Position numbers and translations under genes: made by a program. Below are positions 40,330 through 50,886 of a DNA stretch of 64,000 nt, piece after piece. The notes beneath the pieces are model-generated. The model made no database searches and was not told the DNA's origin. It worked only from the letters and a program-made list of their open reading frames with translations. The stretch's first letter is position 1; each line of letters starts with the position of its first letter. Source of the DNA: Cenarchaeum sp. (GTDB lineage Archaea > Thermoproteota > Nitrososphaeria > Nitrososphaerales > Nitrosopumilaceae); assembly GCA_965242695.1 (NCBI GenBank), contig CBDESU010000001.1, positions 1,568,001-1,632,000 on the forward strand, written 5' to 3'.

Positions 40330-41577
40330 ATGGCAGAGCAGGGGGCGCCCCCCATATACCTCGACTACAACGCGACGACGCCCGTGGACCGGCGGGTAGT
40401 CGATGCGATGCTGCCGTGGATGTCGTACAGGTTTGGCAACCCGGCTAGCGCCGGCCACGCGGCCGGGCGCGAGGCGCGGCATGCCGTCGAGGAGGCGCGC
40501 GGGCAGGTGGCTGATATGGTCGGGATGAACAGGCCCGACGTGGTCTTTACGTCCGGCGCGACAGAGGCCAACAACCTTGCCGTGCGCGGCCTGTACCCCG
40601 GCAGCGGCGACGGCGTCTCCATGCACATGCTCGCCGGCGCGACCGAGCACAAGTCCGTCCTCGAGGCGGGCCGGTCGATAGAGGAAGAATACATGAGCGG
40701 CTCGCTGTGCAGCATCGTCCCGGTCCTCGGCGACGGCACGCTCGACCTCGGCGCGCTAGAGTCGGAGATGTCCAGATGGCACGGGGAGATAGACGTCGTG
40801 TCCGTAATGGCCGCCAACAGCGAGACGGGCGTGATCCACCCCGTAAAGGAGGCGGCCGAGATCGTGCACGCCCACGGCTCGATCCTGCACTGCGATGCGA
40901 CGCAGGCGGCCGGCCGCGTGCCGTTTGATGCCGGCGCGCTCGGCGCAGACATGGTGACGATCAGCGCCCATAAAATGTACGGCCCAAAGGGGTGCGGGGC
41001 CCTCGTGGCGACCAGGGAAGCCAGGCGCCTGCTCGGGCCCATGCTGCACGGCGGCGGGCACGAGGACGGCCTGCGCAGCGGCACCCTCAACGTGCCCGGA
41101 ATAGTCGGGTTCGGGGTAGCCTGTACGATAGCCGCGGACGAGGGGCTCGCCGACGCGCCGCGCCAGGAAGGGCTGCGCGACCGGTTCGAGGAGGCGCTGG
41201 CCAAAGAGGTCCCCGACGTAGAGTTCAACGGGGCCGGCGCGCCCCGCCTGCCGAACACGTCGAATGCGAGGGTGCCCGGCGCGATGGCAGAGATGATTCT
41301 CGCCAACGTGCGGCGCGTGCAGATCGCCACCGGCAGCGCCTGCACGTCGGCGGCCGTCGAGCCGTCGCACGTGCTGCTAGCGATGGGCCTCGGCAGGGAA
41401 GAGGCAGGCGAGTGCGTGAGGGTCTCGTTTGGCAGGCCGTCGACGGAGGAGGATGCGGATGCGGCGGCGCTCGACATCGCCGCCGCCGCGGGCTTTATAC
41501 GCGGGCTGGAGGCGCGCGCCGCCGGCATGGATGCGGCGGCAATAGGAGCGGCGGCACGCGCGGAGGCCGCGTCCTGA
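40330..41577 (+). CDS. Cysteine desulfurase (IscS/DndA/SspA-like)
   Basis: YLDYNATTP, FTSGATEANN, SAHKMYGPKG, GSAC; stop overlaps the next start (TGATG). Confidence 0.93.
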   Translation: MAEQGAPPIYLDYNATTPVDRRVVDAMLPWMSYRFGNPASAGHAAGREARHAVEEARGQVADMVGMNRPDVVFTSGATEANNLAVRGLYPGSGDGVSMHMLAGATEHKSVLEAGRSIEEEYMSGSLCSIVPVLGDGTLDLGALESEMSRWHGEIDVVSVMAANSETGVIHPVKEAAEIVHAHGSILHCDATQAAGRVPFDAGALGADMVTISAHKMYGPKGCGALVATREARRLLGPMLHGGGHEDGLRSGTLNVPGIVGFGVACTIAADEGLADAPRQEGLRDRFEEALAKEVPDVEFNGAGAPRLPNTSNARVPGAMAEMILANVRRVQIATGSACTSAAVEPSHVLLAMGLGREEAGECVRVSFGRPSTEEDADAAALDIAAAAGFIRGLEARAAGMDAAAIGAAARAEAAS

Positions 41578-42554
41578 TGCGCCCTGACGAGGCGGCCCCC
41601 GTCGCATCGTTCTCGCGGCACGAGACGTTCCACCTCCGGTACGGGTGGCTCAAGAAGGGGTATGATGCGATCGCAAGGGATCCGCACGCGTTCACGCGCG
41701 ACGATGCGACGGTGAGGCTCGGCGTCGGCAAGAACATGGTAAGGTCGATCCGGTTCTGGGGGCTGGCGGCAAAGGTGTACGAGGCCGACAAGAAGACAAA
41801 GACTGCAAGGCCGACGGAGATGGGCCGCGCGCTGCTCGACGATGCGGGCGGGATGGACCCGTACCTAGAGAGGCCCGACACCCTGTGGATACTCCACTGG
41901 CTCGTCTTTGCGCCCCCCTGCCTGCTGCCGGCGTGGTGGGTGCTGGTCAACGATGCGCTGGCCGGATCCGTCGTCGTGGCCACCGACGACATGAGGAGGA
42001 GGGTGCGCGATGCGGTAGAGTCGGTCGACGCGTGGAGGCGGCCGAGCCCCCGCTCGGTCGACAAGGACTTTGACGTGTTCGTCCACACGTACTCGTCGAG
42101 GAGGGGGCGCGACATGGTAGAGGACTATCTGGACTGCCCGTTTCGCAGCCTGCACGTGCTCCGGCAGGGCACGCGCGACGAGATGAGGTTTGTGCAGGGC
42201 CCAAAGCCCGGCCTCTCGCCGCTCGCCGCCGCGTTCGCATGCCTAGACTTTGCCGACAGGTCGGGGTCGGCAGGGCGCACGGCGAGCGTCCACCGGCTGG
42301 CCATGGAGGCTGGCAGTCCCGGCAGGGCCCTCAGGCTTGACGAGGCCGACATGGCCGATCTCTTGGCGGGGGCCGCCGACGAGTGCGATGCGATCGCGGT
42401 GCGCAACGTAAACGGCGCGCAGAGCCTCGCGTTCGGGGACGGGGCGGGCGCGGCCCGGGAAGAGGTGCTGCGGGCGATATACGGGCGGCGGGCGCGTAGG
42501 AAGGGCAGGAAGAGGATCGCCGCTCCGGCGACTCTGGAGGTCGAGGCCGCATGA
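41577..42554 (+). CDS. DUF4007 protein (SspB-like)
   Basis: FSRHETFHLRYGWLKKG, LGVGKNMVRSIRFW, DPYLE...TLWILHW. Confidence 0.88.
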   Translation: MRPDEAAPVASFSRHETFHLRYGWLKKGYDAIARDPHAFTRDDATVRLGVGKNMVRSIRFWGLAAKVYEADKKTKTARPTEMGRALLDDAGGMDPYLERPDTLWILHWLVFAPPCLLPAWWVLVNDALAGSVVVATDDMRRRVRDAVESVDAWRRPSPRSVDKDFDVFVHTYSSRRGRDMVEDYLDCPFRSLHVLRQGTRDEMRFVQGPKPGLSPLAAAFACLDFADRSGSAGRTASVHRLAMEAGSPGRALRLDEADMADLLAGAADECDAIAVRNVNGAQSLAFGDGAGAAREEVLRAIYGRRARRKGRKRIAAPATLEVEAA

Positions 42555-44647
42555 CCCGTGCGAGGGCCGCAGGGGCAGGCAAGAGGGGCGCCGCTCCGGC
42601 AAGGGCGGCCGCGGCCCAAGCGGCTGCCGCAAGGACGGCCGCAAAAAAGAGACACGGTGAAGCCACGCCGCTCACGAGGATCGTGCGCGTGAGGCCGCCG
42701 GCGTACGCCTCGGTCAGCATAGAGAACGACCTGCACGACAAGGGCGGCGGCGCGCTAGACGGCTACATACCCGGCGCGGGCACGCTCGACACCGTATCGC
42801 GGCTTGGCGCCGGCATGCGCGGCGGCAAGCGCGGGCATGCAATCTCGGTGACCGGCCCGTACGGGTCGGGCAAGTCCGCAATGGCCGTATTCCTAGACGC
42901 CCTGCTTGCGCCCAAAAAGTCGCGCGAGTACGCAACGGCAAAAGAGATACTGCGCGAGGCGGACTCCCGCCTTGCCGACGTGTTCGACAAGTCGAGGCTG
43001 CAGCTCGGCATACAGCGGCGCGGGATGATCCGGTGCATGGCGACGGCCAAGCGCGAGCCCGTGTCGGCGACGATACTGCGCGCGCTAGACGCCGGGGCCC
43101 GGCGGCGCTTTGGGGACTACAAGGAGTCCGACTTTGAGGGCGCATCTGCCCTGTCCCGCATGGTGCGCGGCCTGGGCCGCGGCACGGCCCCCGACGCGGC
43201 CGCCGTCGCCGAGGCGGCGCGAGGCATGTGCACGGCCGATCCGGTCATTGTCGTGATCGACGAGTTTGGCAAGAACGTAGAGTACTTTACCGACGAGAAC
43301 ACGCGCGAGGGCGACCTGTTCCTGCTGCAGGAGCTCGCCGAGATGTCGGGCGCCTCGAGGGGCGTGCGCCTGTTCGTTGTGACGATGCAGCACATGGCGT
43401 TCGAAGAGTACGCGTCGGGCGCCTCGTCGTCGCAGAGGCGCGAGTGGGCAAAGGTGCAGGGCAGGTTCGACGACATACCGTTTGCAAACTCGCCAGAGCA
43501 GGCAAGGCGGCTCGTCAGGAGCGTCCTGGGGCCGGCCGGAACGGGCGGCAAAAAGGTCGGCACGGCGCTTCGCAAGTGGTCAAGGGATCAGGCCGGCAGG
43601 GCCGCGGCCATGGGGCTCGGCGGCGACTTGGACGAGGGGCTGCTGCACTCGTGCTACCCGCTACACCCGCTCTCGCTAGAGGTGCTGCCCGAGCTGTGCT
43701 CTAGGTACGGGCAGCACGAGCGCACGCTGATCTCGTTCATGGCCGGCGGCGGCGAGCATACGGTGGCGGGCTTTGTCGACAGGGCCGCGTGGGACGGGGC
43801 GGGGCAGCCGCCGACCGTAATGCTCGACGCGCTGTACGACTACTTTGTGGCCGGCTCGGCCCTGGTCCGCTCGGCGTCGTCGTCGGGCGCATCCAGGCTC
43901 TTGGAGATAGAGACCATAATACGCGACACGCAGGGGCTGTCCGACGACGAGTCGCGCGTGCTAAAGGCCGTCGGCGTGCTGAACCTGGTAGGGAGGGCCG
44001 GCAGGCTGCGTGCCTCGCGCAGCATGGTCGCGTACGCGGCCGGCATTGCAAGGCCCGATGCGGCCCTAAAGTCGCTCGAAAAGCGGTCAATACTGACGTA
44101 CCGCCGGCACTCTGACGAGTACCGCGTGTGGCACGGCACCGATGTCGATGTGCAGATGAGCCTGGATAACGCGCGCCGCAGGCTGGTTGCAATGCCGCTT
44201 ACCGGCCTGCTAAAGGCCACGCTGCCGCTCGACCCCGTGGTGGCGGCCCGGCATGCACTGCAGACCGGCACGACCCGAATATTCGAGAGGGTGTTTGCAG
44301 GGGCGGCCGAGGTAGCATCCGTCCAGCCTGGGCCAGGGTTTGACGGGGTGATCGTGTACCTGGCCGGCGAGGAGAGTGAAGGTCAGAAGGGCGGCGACAC
44401 TCCCCTGCCTGCGGCCGGCAGTCAAGAGGGGAAGAGGCCAGCTGTCGTAATCAGGGCGGCCGATCTAGAGGCCCTGCGCGAGGCTGCCCTGGAGGTCGCA
44501 TCCGTGCGAGACGTTCGCGACAACAGCCCAGAGGTGCAGGCCGACTGGGTGGCGCGCCGCGAGATTACCGAGCGCCTAGCTTGGGCAGAGTCGGCCCTAG
44601 AGAGGGCGTTTGAGGGGGCGTACGGTACAGGGAGTATGATACTAAGC
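42551..44647 (+). CDS. SspC-like P-loop ATPase, 5' part (reads on to a spurious stop at 44887 in this orientation)
   Basis: VTGPYGSGKS, VVIDEFGK, EWAKVQGRF, YPLHP, QHERTLISF. Confidence 0.85.
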
Positions 44648-46252
44648 GTTATCATCGCGTTTTCTCCTTCTAGGCGTCACGGACAGGCGCGATCGGCGCC
44701 CGGCAGGGCGTTCGGACGGCCGTACAGGGCCGCGTGGACCTCTGCGGCCAAGGGCAGGCCGCGGGCGCCGGCAGCATGGATCGCCGCACAGCCTAGCGCC
44801 GCTTGCCCCCCGACAGCCTGCCGCTCAGCTCGGCGAGCAGGGCCTTCACGCCGTCGCCGGCAAGCCCCCTTGCCTGCAGGTCCCTGATGGCACGATCGGC
44901 GGCCCTCTTGACGTGTGGTGCCTTGTCGGGCGGCAGGGCGACGATCGCATTCTCCTCGCCCCCATCTGGCCGCGTCACGGTCACGCGGTACGCAGGATGG
45001 TCGTATGCGTCGGACACCTCTGCGAGGTGCATCGATGCCAAGCGGGAGAACCGAGCCGAGATGTCCCTCAGCTTGTTGGTAAACAGGACGCGCTGCTCGT
45101 CGCTCCACTCGGACGGTGGCATGCCCGTGAGTGTGAGGGCCACGTATTTTATCCAGTCCTCGTTGCTCTCCAGCACGTCGTTTGACACGGCAGTCAGGAA
45201 CACCTTCATCTCGCGGTCCAGCACGTGCGGGGCTACCACTGCGGCCGCCCTCGAAAGCTTTTTGCGGGTCGACATCAAGGTAGACTTCAACACATCCTTG
45301 ACAAGGCCGCCAAGCATTACGCTGAACGCCCCTGACAGCTCGGCCAGCGACTTTGCAAGGGCGGTGGCAAACTTGTATATTTTTTCTTGTCCGGGGTCGA
45401 CATGACCAGACATGGCATCATAACCGAGTGCCCGAGGCAACGACTTTAGGAGCAGTGAGTCCGGTTCGACGGCCGTCTCGACGGCTAGGCGCACGGCGAG
45501 CGCCCTCTTGCTGAGCATCCGGGTCTTTTTGATATGTGGTGGGAGTGATGCATAGACGCCCACGAGGTGGGAGACGACGTCAAGGAGTGATGCCTTTGCC
45601 GCATCTTCCGGGGGCTGGACTCCAAGCTTGCCGGCGACCTGTCGTATGGTGGCCATGGCTGCCACGCCTTGTCCAAAGTATTTTATTTCAAAATGGGCAG
45701 GATTCCTGACAAGGCGCTCTGTAATCTCTGTCGTTATGGCGCGGCAGTACGTCCCGTGCTCGTACAGTGCGATGCGGTCTCGGTGCACGAGCAGGACGGA
45801 CACTGCAAGTAGGGGCATCAGTCCGGCCTTTACGCCGTAGGGCGGTTTGGAGAGTGACTCGTACACTGCAAGCAGGGACAGACGTTTGCCGGCATCTCTT
45901 GCCATCCCGACAATCTTTTTCCATGCAGGCTTGAAGTCTGCCCGGGAGGGAGATCGCATTACATGCACAAGGCCGGGCGCGCGGTGCATTCCCGATCGCG
46001 ACAGGACGGCCTCGTAGATCGCCCTGTCGGGGCCCCACCCCTCGATGCCCAAGAGTGGTGCGTCCGCCCGCTCGACCATGCCGCCGAGGAGCCTGTACAG
46101 GGCCGTCGAGCCCTGCGGCGTCAGCGCGTTGCGGTTGATCATCTCGTTGAAGACGTGCGGCGTGTTCGTGTACCACTGGTCACAGTACTCTGAGGCGATC
46201 GAGCTGGGGGTGTCCGAGCCCTTTGTATGCCCAGTATCGCTTAATATCATAC
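44634..46252. other. Inverted segment flanked by 18-bp inverted repeats (44634-44651, 46235-46252)
   Basis: GTATGATAcTAAGCGtTA versus GTATGATAtTAAGCGaTA (16/18); both read M-I-L-S in frame with the two ATPase halves. Confidence 0.85.
44793..46250 (-). CDS. SspC-like ATPase, 3' part, inverted
   Basis: TPHVFNEMINR..L, LGIEGWGPDRAIY..VL, KPPYGVKAGL.PLL, EPD.LL...LP.ALG motifs typical of this family's C-terminal half. Confidence 0.8.
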   Translation of the reverse strand: MILSDTGHTKGSDTPSSIASEYCDQWYTNTPHVFNEMINRNALTPQGSTALYRLLGGMVERADAPLLGIEGWGPDRAIYEAVLSRSGMHRAPGLVHVMRSPSRADFKPAWKKIVGMARDAGKRLSLLAVYESLSKPPYGVKAGLMPLLAVSVLLVHRDRIALYEHGTYCRAITTEITERLVRNPAHFEIKYFGQGVAAMATIRQVAGKLGVQPPEDAAKASLLDVVSHLVGVYASLPPHIKKTRMLSKRALAVRLAVETAVEPDSLLLKSLPRALGYDAMSGHVDPGQEKIYKFATALAKSLAELSGAFSVMLGGLVKDVLKSTLMSTRKKLSRAAAVVAPHVLDREMKVFLTAVSNDVLESNEDWIKYVALTLTGMPPSEWSDEQRVLFTNKLRDISARFSRLASMHLAEVSDAYDHPAYRVTVTRPDGGEENAIVALPPDKAPHVKRAADRAIRDLQARGLAGDGVKALLAELSGRLSGGKRR

Positions 46253-46268
46253 CCGTGCGCCTCGGCCC

Positions 46269-47105
46269 GTGCGCCACGTCTGCGGCATCTCGGGCGGCAA
46301 GGACTCTAGCGCCTTGGCCGTGTACATGCGCGAGAGGGTACCCGACATGGAGTACTTTTTCTGCGACACGGGCGCCGAGCTGCCCGAGACGTACGCATAC
46401 CTTGCCAAGCTAGAGGTCGTCCTAGGCAAGCCGATCGCGCGCCTCAACTCGACGAGGGGGTTCGACCACTACTTTGAGGTGTTCAGGGGAACGCTACCCT
46501 CGCCTCAGATGAGGTGGTGCACCACGCTCCTCAAGATAAAGCCGCTGGAGGAGTGGATAGGCGACGAGGAGGTCGTCTCGTACGTGGCCATACGGGCCGA
46601 CGAGAGCAACCGCAAGGGATACATCTCGACAAAGCCGAACATACGCACAAAGTTCCCGTTCGTTGACGACGACATCGACCACGCTGGTGTGATCCGCATA
46701 CTGGAGGACTCTGGGCTTAACTTGCCCGACTACTACAAATGGAGGACGCGGTCGGGATGCTATTTTTGCTTCTTCCAGCGCAAGGCCGAGTGGGTGGGCC
46801 TGGCCGAGCACCATCCTGAGTTGTTCAAAAGGGCCGTGTCTATAGAACAAAAAATATTAAAAGATGCAGGTATAGACGGTGACGCATCATTCGAATCTAA
46901 CGCAATGAAAAATGGTAACTATACTTGGTCGCCCGGCGAAACATTGGAACAGCTTTTAAAACGCAAAGATGATATAATACGTAATCACAAAAAACGTCTT
47001 GAAAAATCTAGATCTGCACAAAAAAATCGACCGTTAATAAGCATTCTGGCAGAAAGTTTAGATAGTGAAAGTTCCGACACGGGATGCACGGTATGCCATC
47101 TATAG
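46269..47105 (+). CDS. PAPS-reductase family protein (SspD/DndC-like)
   Basis: SGGKDS, DTG.E.PETY, RWCT..LKI.P, RSGCYFCF, terminal CTVCH. Confidence 0.9.
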   Translation: MRHVCGISGGKDSSALAVYMRERVPDMEYFFCDTGAELPETYAYLAKLEVVLGKPIARLNSTRGFDHYFEVFRGTLPSPQMRWCTTLLKIKPLEEWIGDEEVVSYVAIRADESNRKGYISTKPNIRTKFPFVDDDIDHAGVIRILEDSGLNLPDYYKWRTRSGCYFCFFQRKAEWVGLAEHHPELFKRAVSIEQKILKDAGIDGDASFESNAMKNGNYTWSPGETLEQLLKRKDDIIRNHKKRLEKSRSAQKNRPLISILAESLDSESSDTGCTVCHL

Positions 47106-47330
47106 GTGATAAAAATGACAACAGGTATTAGTTATAAACTAAGCGATCTTATAAAAGAATCGATTCATGAGAAAGAAGGGCCAGACAGTATAAACGAATT
47201 GCTTGTAGACATACTTGAAAAAGAAGCTGAATGGCAATATGAAAGCCCCTATGATGCACTAGCAGAGTTTAAAAAAACATACAAGAAATTAATTCAATTG
47301 CATTGTCCATACAAGGTGGGATCAAATTGA
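47106..47330 (+). CDS. Small acidic protein (PbeB-like candidate)
   Basis: 74-aa ORF tightly packed between sspD-like gene and ATPase. Confidence 0.55.
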   Translation: MIKMTTGISYKLSDLIKESIHEKEGPDSINELLVDILEKEAEWQYESPYDALAEFKKTYKKLIQLHCPYKVGSN

Positions 47331-49504
47331 ATGGGGAGTATAGGATCGTGGAGGTTCGCCTGAATAACTACAGGCAATATTATGGTTCTGTCACGGTGAC
47401 ACTTGCGTCACAAAAAGACAGATTTGCAGCTGTGATCGGAAACAATGGCGCGGGTAAATCCAACATTCTTAATGCGATCAATTGGTGCTTTTTTCACAAA
47501 GAACCACACATGCGGCAGCTTGAAGGACTTCCAATCATCAACATCAAGCGTATCAAGGAAGCCGATGAAGAATCAAAAATTGAAATGAGTGTATCCGTAA
47601 TACTTGAGCAGGGTACGACAAAATATAACGTAACTAGAAAACTTGCGGTTGTTAAACACAAATTGGAAGTGGGTGCTGATGGCGAGTACCGAATTATTAA
47701 CCTAGAAGATGCACCATATAGTGAGCTTATGCCTGTAGGATTTGAAAAGCTTTACAATCTTTCAAGGCCAACATTTCACAGGTCTGAAAATGGCGGGACC
47801 TGGGAAGATCAAACAAAGTCACATAGATTCAGTGCAATAGTAAATCAAATATTGCCAGAATCGCTATCGAAGTTTTTCTTGTTGGATGGGGAATTTCTCG
47901 AGAAGTTTTTCGATGGACAACAAAAAATTAGCGAAGGTGTGAGGCAAATTTCACAACTTAATGTTTTGGAGGAAACATTGAATCATATAAAACGTGTAAA
48001 ATCGTCAGGTCGTGCTAATTATGATAATCAAAAAGTAAATGATCTCGAAGACAAAATCAAATTACATGAAAAATGGCTGGATTCGTTGGGCGATAACGGT
48101 GAAGAGTTAACGGATGAACTTATACCCGGTACTGATAGGGCATATCACAAAAATGGAGTGCCGAGGGAAAAAGACCTGAAAAGTGCACTAGTATACCTAG
48201 ACAGTGAGCGTAACAACATTCGTAAAAAGCTGTATGAACAAGGACAAATATCCAACGCAGATCTTCATAAGAAAAAGGCAGAGCTGGATGATAAAGTTAG
48301 CAATGTCGGTAGTCAACGATACAAAATTATAAAGCAGCAAAGAGATCTGCTGATTAAACAAAGTCCTAAAATAATGCTGGGCGAGGCCTTGAAGAATACG
48401 ATTGACATGGTGAATGTCGAAATAGAAAAAGGCAAGCTTCCAAATCGAAGTAAAATCATATTAGCTAATGATCTCCTGTCAAGAGAAACTTGCATTTGTG
48501 GAACAAGTCTTAAAACTGGAACCAGAGCGCGTGACAACGTAGAATCAATGAGGGCATCAGTCTACGACGATGTTGATCTAGACTTGGCCAATGATATTAA
48601 GTATGCAAATGAACAAGATGTAGGAAAGATGGTGGAAGTTAAGAAAATGATAGGCAAGAACACGATTGAAATCAATGACTTTGGAGACACATTACGAAAG
48701 ATTGGTGAAGAGATATTAGAGATTAAGAATCAGATAGTTGATGACTCGGATGATCAATTTCAACTGATGACACAACAGGGGCAGCGCATAGACAGGGATT
48801 ATGACAAGGTCCAAAAAGAACTAAGTGATATTGGGTTAGAGATTAAACGGCGGCAAGGAGATTTGAAATCGTGCAGGCAGGACTTGAGCGCCATAAATGT
48901 CAGTAATGAGAAAGTGGCAAGGAGATTATATGAATCAAAAGTGTTAGAACAAGTACATGACTTGCTCGAATCGCTTTGTGAAGATTTAAGCGACAGTATA
49001 AGAAAAAAAATTCAAGATAAAACAACTATGTATTTTAAAAAAATAATGTGGAAGGAGGGATTTTTCGAGCAGGTCCAAATCGACAAGGATTACAGGCTTA
49101 AGTTGCTAACGACGACGGGATTTGATGCTATCGATAGCCTAGCTGCTGGAGAGAAATTGTTTCTTGCGTTCGCATTTGTTGCGGCCCTCCGTGAAATCAC
49201 GGGCTACAGATTTCCATTAGTCATCGATAGCCCGCTTGGAAAAGTGGCAGGAACACCACGAAGGCTATTAGCCAAACAGTTGCCCGTTTTTCTTCCTAAC
49301 TCACAATTGGTTTTGTTAGTCACTAACACAGAATATTTGGTCCCACTTCCTACTAACGATGAAGACCCAAAACCTGGAAAATCGTTCAAGAGTATACTGT
49401 CTGAAAAAGTGAGCGTGTGCGAGTCCGTCATAGAGTTACACAAGGCAAACCACAGCTCTAAGGTCGTTCCGTACGACAACGGGGGGATGGATAATGACTA
49501 CTGA
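47327..49504 (+). CDS. SMC/Rad50-like ABC ATPase (DndD/PbeC-like)
   Basis: NYRQYYG, GNNGAGKS, FFLLDGE, coiled coils with CICG hook, LAAGEK, LVIDSPLG. Confidence 0.85.
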   Translation: MNGEYRIVEVRLNNYRQYYGSVTVTLASQKDRFAAVIGNNGAGKSNILNAINWCFFHKEPHMRQLEGLPIINIKRIKEADEESKIEMSVSVILEQGTTKYNVTRKLAVVKHKLEVGADGEYRIINLEDAPYSELMPVGFEKLYNLSRPTFHRSENGGTWEDQTKSHRFSAIVNQILPESLSKFFLLDGEFLEKFFDGQQKISEGVRQISQLNVLEETLNHIKRVKSSGRANYDNQKVNDLEDKIKLHEKWLDSLGDNGEELTDELIPGTDRAYHKNGVPREKDLKSALVYLDSERNNIRKKLYEQGQISNADLHKKKAELDDKVSNVGSQRYKIIKQQRDLLIKQSPKIMLGEALKNTIDMVNVEIEKGKLPNRSKIILANDLLSRETCICGTSLKTGTRARDNVESMRASVYDDVDLDLANDIKYANEQDVGKMVEVKKMIGKNTIEINDFGDTLRKIGEEILEIKNQIVDDSDDQFQLMTQQGQRIDRDYDKVQKELSDIGLEIKRRQGDLKSCRQDLSAINVSNEKVARRLYESKVLEQVHDLLESLCEDLSDSIRKKIQDKTTMYFKKIMWKEGFFEQVQIDKDYRLKLLTTTGFDAIDSLAAGEKLFLAFAFVAALREITGYRFPLVIDSPLGKVAGTPRRLLAKQLPVFLPNSQLVLLVTNTEYLVPLPTNDEDPKPGKSFKSILSEKVSVCESVIELHKANHSSKVVPYDNGGMDNDY

Positions 49505-49922
49505 TCTAGATGCAAAATTCCCCGAAGTTTTGTATGATCGAAGCTTGAATGAGAAACTGCTTGAACTTGTCAATCAAGATTGGTCACCATTTAAGGGGCA
49601 TACTATGGCCGACGTGTTCATCTACACTATGGCATACGCATTTTCACGCAACATGAAAGCAAGGCCGCTAAGCCCAAAACCCATGAAACTTCCCCCCCAG
49701 GCATTTGATGCCGAAAAACGAACATTGATGCGCTCGCTTGCAATGCATGTTAAAAACGATATTTCAGTGATTAAGAACAACAACGAAGTTATAACGATAT
49801 GTGCCGAATATTCTAACGCTGGAACTACAGAAGTTTACAATACATTGTACAATAAAGAGCACAACGTCACATCGGAAAATGTGTTGGAAGAGTTTTTGGA
49901 GGAGCGTGACAATTCATGCTAG
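49494..49922 (+). CDS. Small protein (DndE/PbeD-like candidate)
   Basis: Overlaps the ATPase stop; ADVF..TMAYAF and CAEYSNAG resemble ATPase-partner proteins. Confidence 0.55.
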   Translation: MTTDLDAKFPEVLYDRSLNEKLLELVNQDWSPFKGHTMADVFIYTMAYAFSRNMKARPLSPKPMKLPPQAFDAEKRTLMRSLAMHVKNDISVIKNNNEVITICAEYSNAGTTEVYNTLYNKEHNVTSENVLEEFLEERDNSC

Positions 49923-50886
49923 GCATAATAGGAACATCGGCAAGCACAAGGCGTACGGCAAGATGTACAAAGTGGCATCTATTGCAGATCCAAGGCATTA
50001 CTAGACAAGTCAGAGGGATTGAACATGACACTAATGAATAATAAGTTCGAACCAAAGATGTGCTGGGATTCTGACACAGACAACATACTTGATGACTTTT
50101 ATCTTCAGGGGTTAAAAAATAGCAAGAAGTATGATCGTCTTGCAGGGTATTTTTCATCAACACTATTTGTCAGAACTGCATATGAAACGCTAGATTTTAT
50201 AAAACGTGGTGGGAGAATAAGAATTGTGACCAGTGCCACACTTTCGTATAACGATTTAGATACAATAAAAAACATAAATCACTATGCAAATGCTGTAGAC
50301 GAATCATTCTTAAACGAAATAGTAAAAAATACTAATGAAATAGAACATAAATGTAAATCATTATTTGGCTGGTTGTTGAATCAAAAGGTCGAAGGGAAGC
50401 CGCAGTTAGAAATCAAAATTGCAATGCCAAAAAGGCCTACAGGCATATTTCATCAAAAAGTTGGAATATTTACTCTTGTAGACAACAGCATAGTGACATT
50501 TTCTGGATCAGTTAATGAAACAGTCAAAGGCTGGCAGGACAATGTTGAGCAATTTAAAGTGTTCATGAGTGGAAAGGACAGAACAAACGAACATGCAATC
50601 AAAAATGACCAAGATAATTTTGAAAGGTATTGGAAAAATCAAAATTCTGGATACAAAGTTGTGAACTTACCAAAAGCAGTCACCACCCATTTGCTGTCTA
50701 TTGCCCCCAATTCGGAATCAGAGTTTAAGTCGTTAGTAGACCACTTGGAAAAGAAATTCTACAAAAAGCGTGTTAGATCATCAGGCATAGTGTTGAGAGA
50801 CTATCAAGAAAAGGCAATAGAATTATGGGCAAAAAATAATTTTCGCGGCATATTCGCAATGGCAACGGGTACTGGTAAAACATATA

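Noticed and set aside
44655-44670. AAGGAG plus ATG inside the invertible segment as a switchable start for sspD
   Set aside because: After flipping, this ATG is out of frame with sspD, and the sspD frame has a stop within the repeat
44648-44887. Genuine C-terminus of the 778-aa ATPase ORF
   Set aside because: It is Arg/Ala/Pro-rich read-through into the inverted segment, antisense to the true 3' end
40330-47105. BREX type 4
   Set aside because: Shares DUF4007/PAPS-reductase/ATPase components, but no PglZ or BrxL is seen in the window
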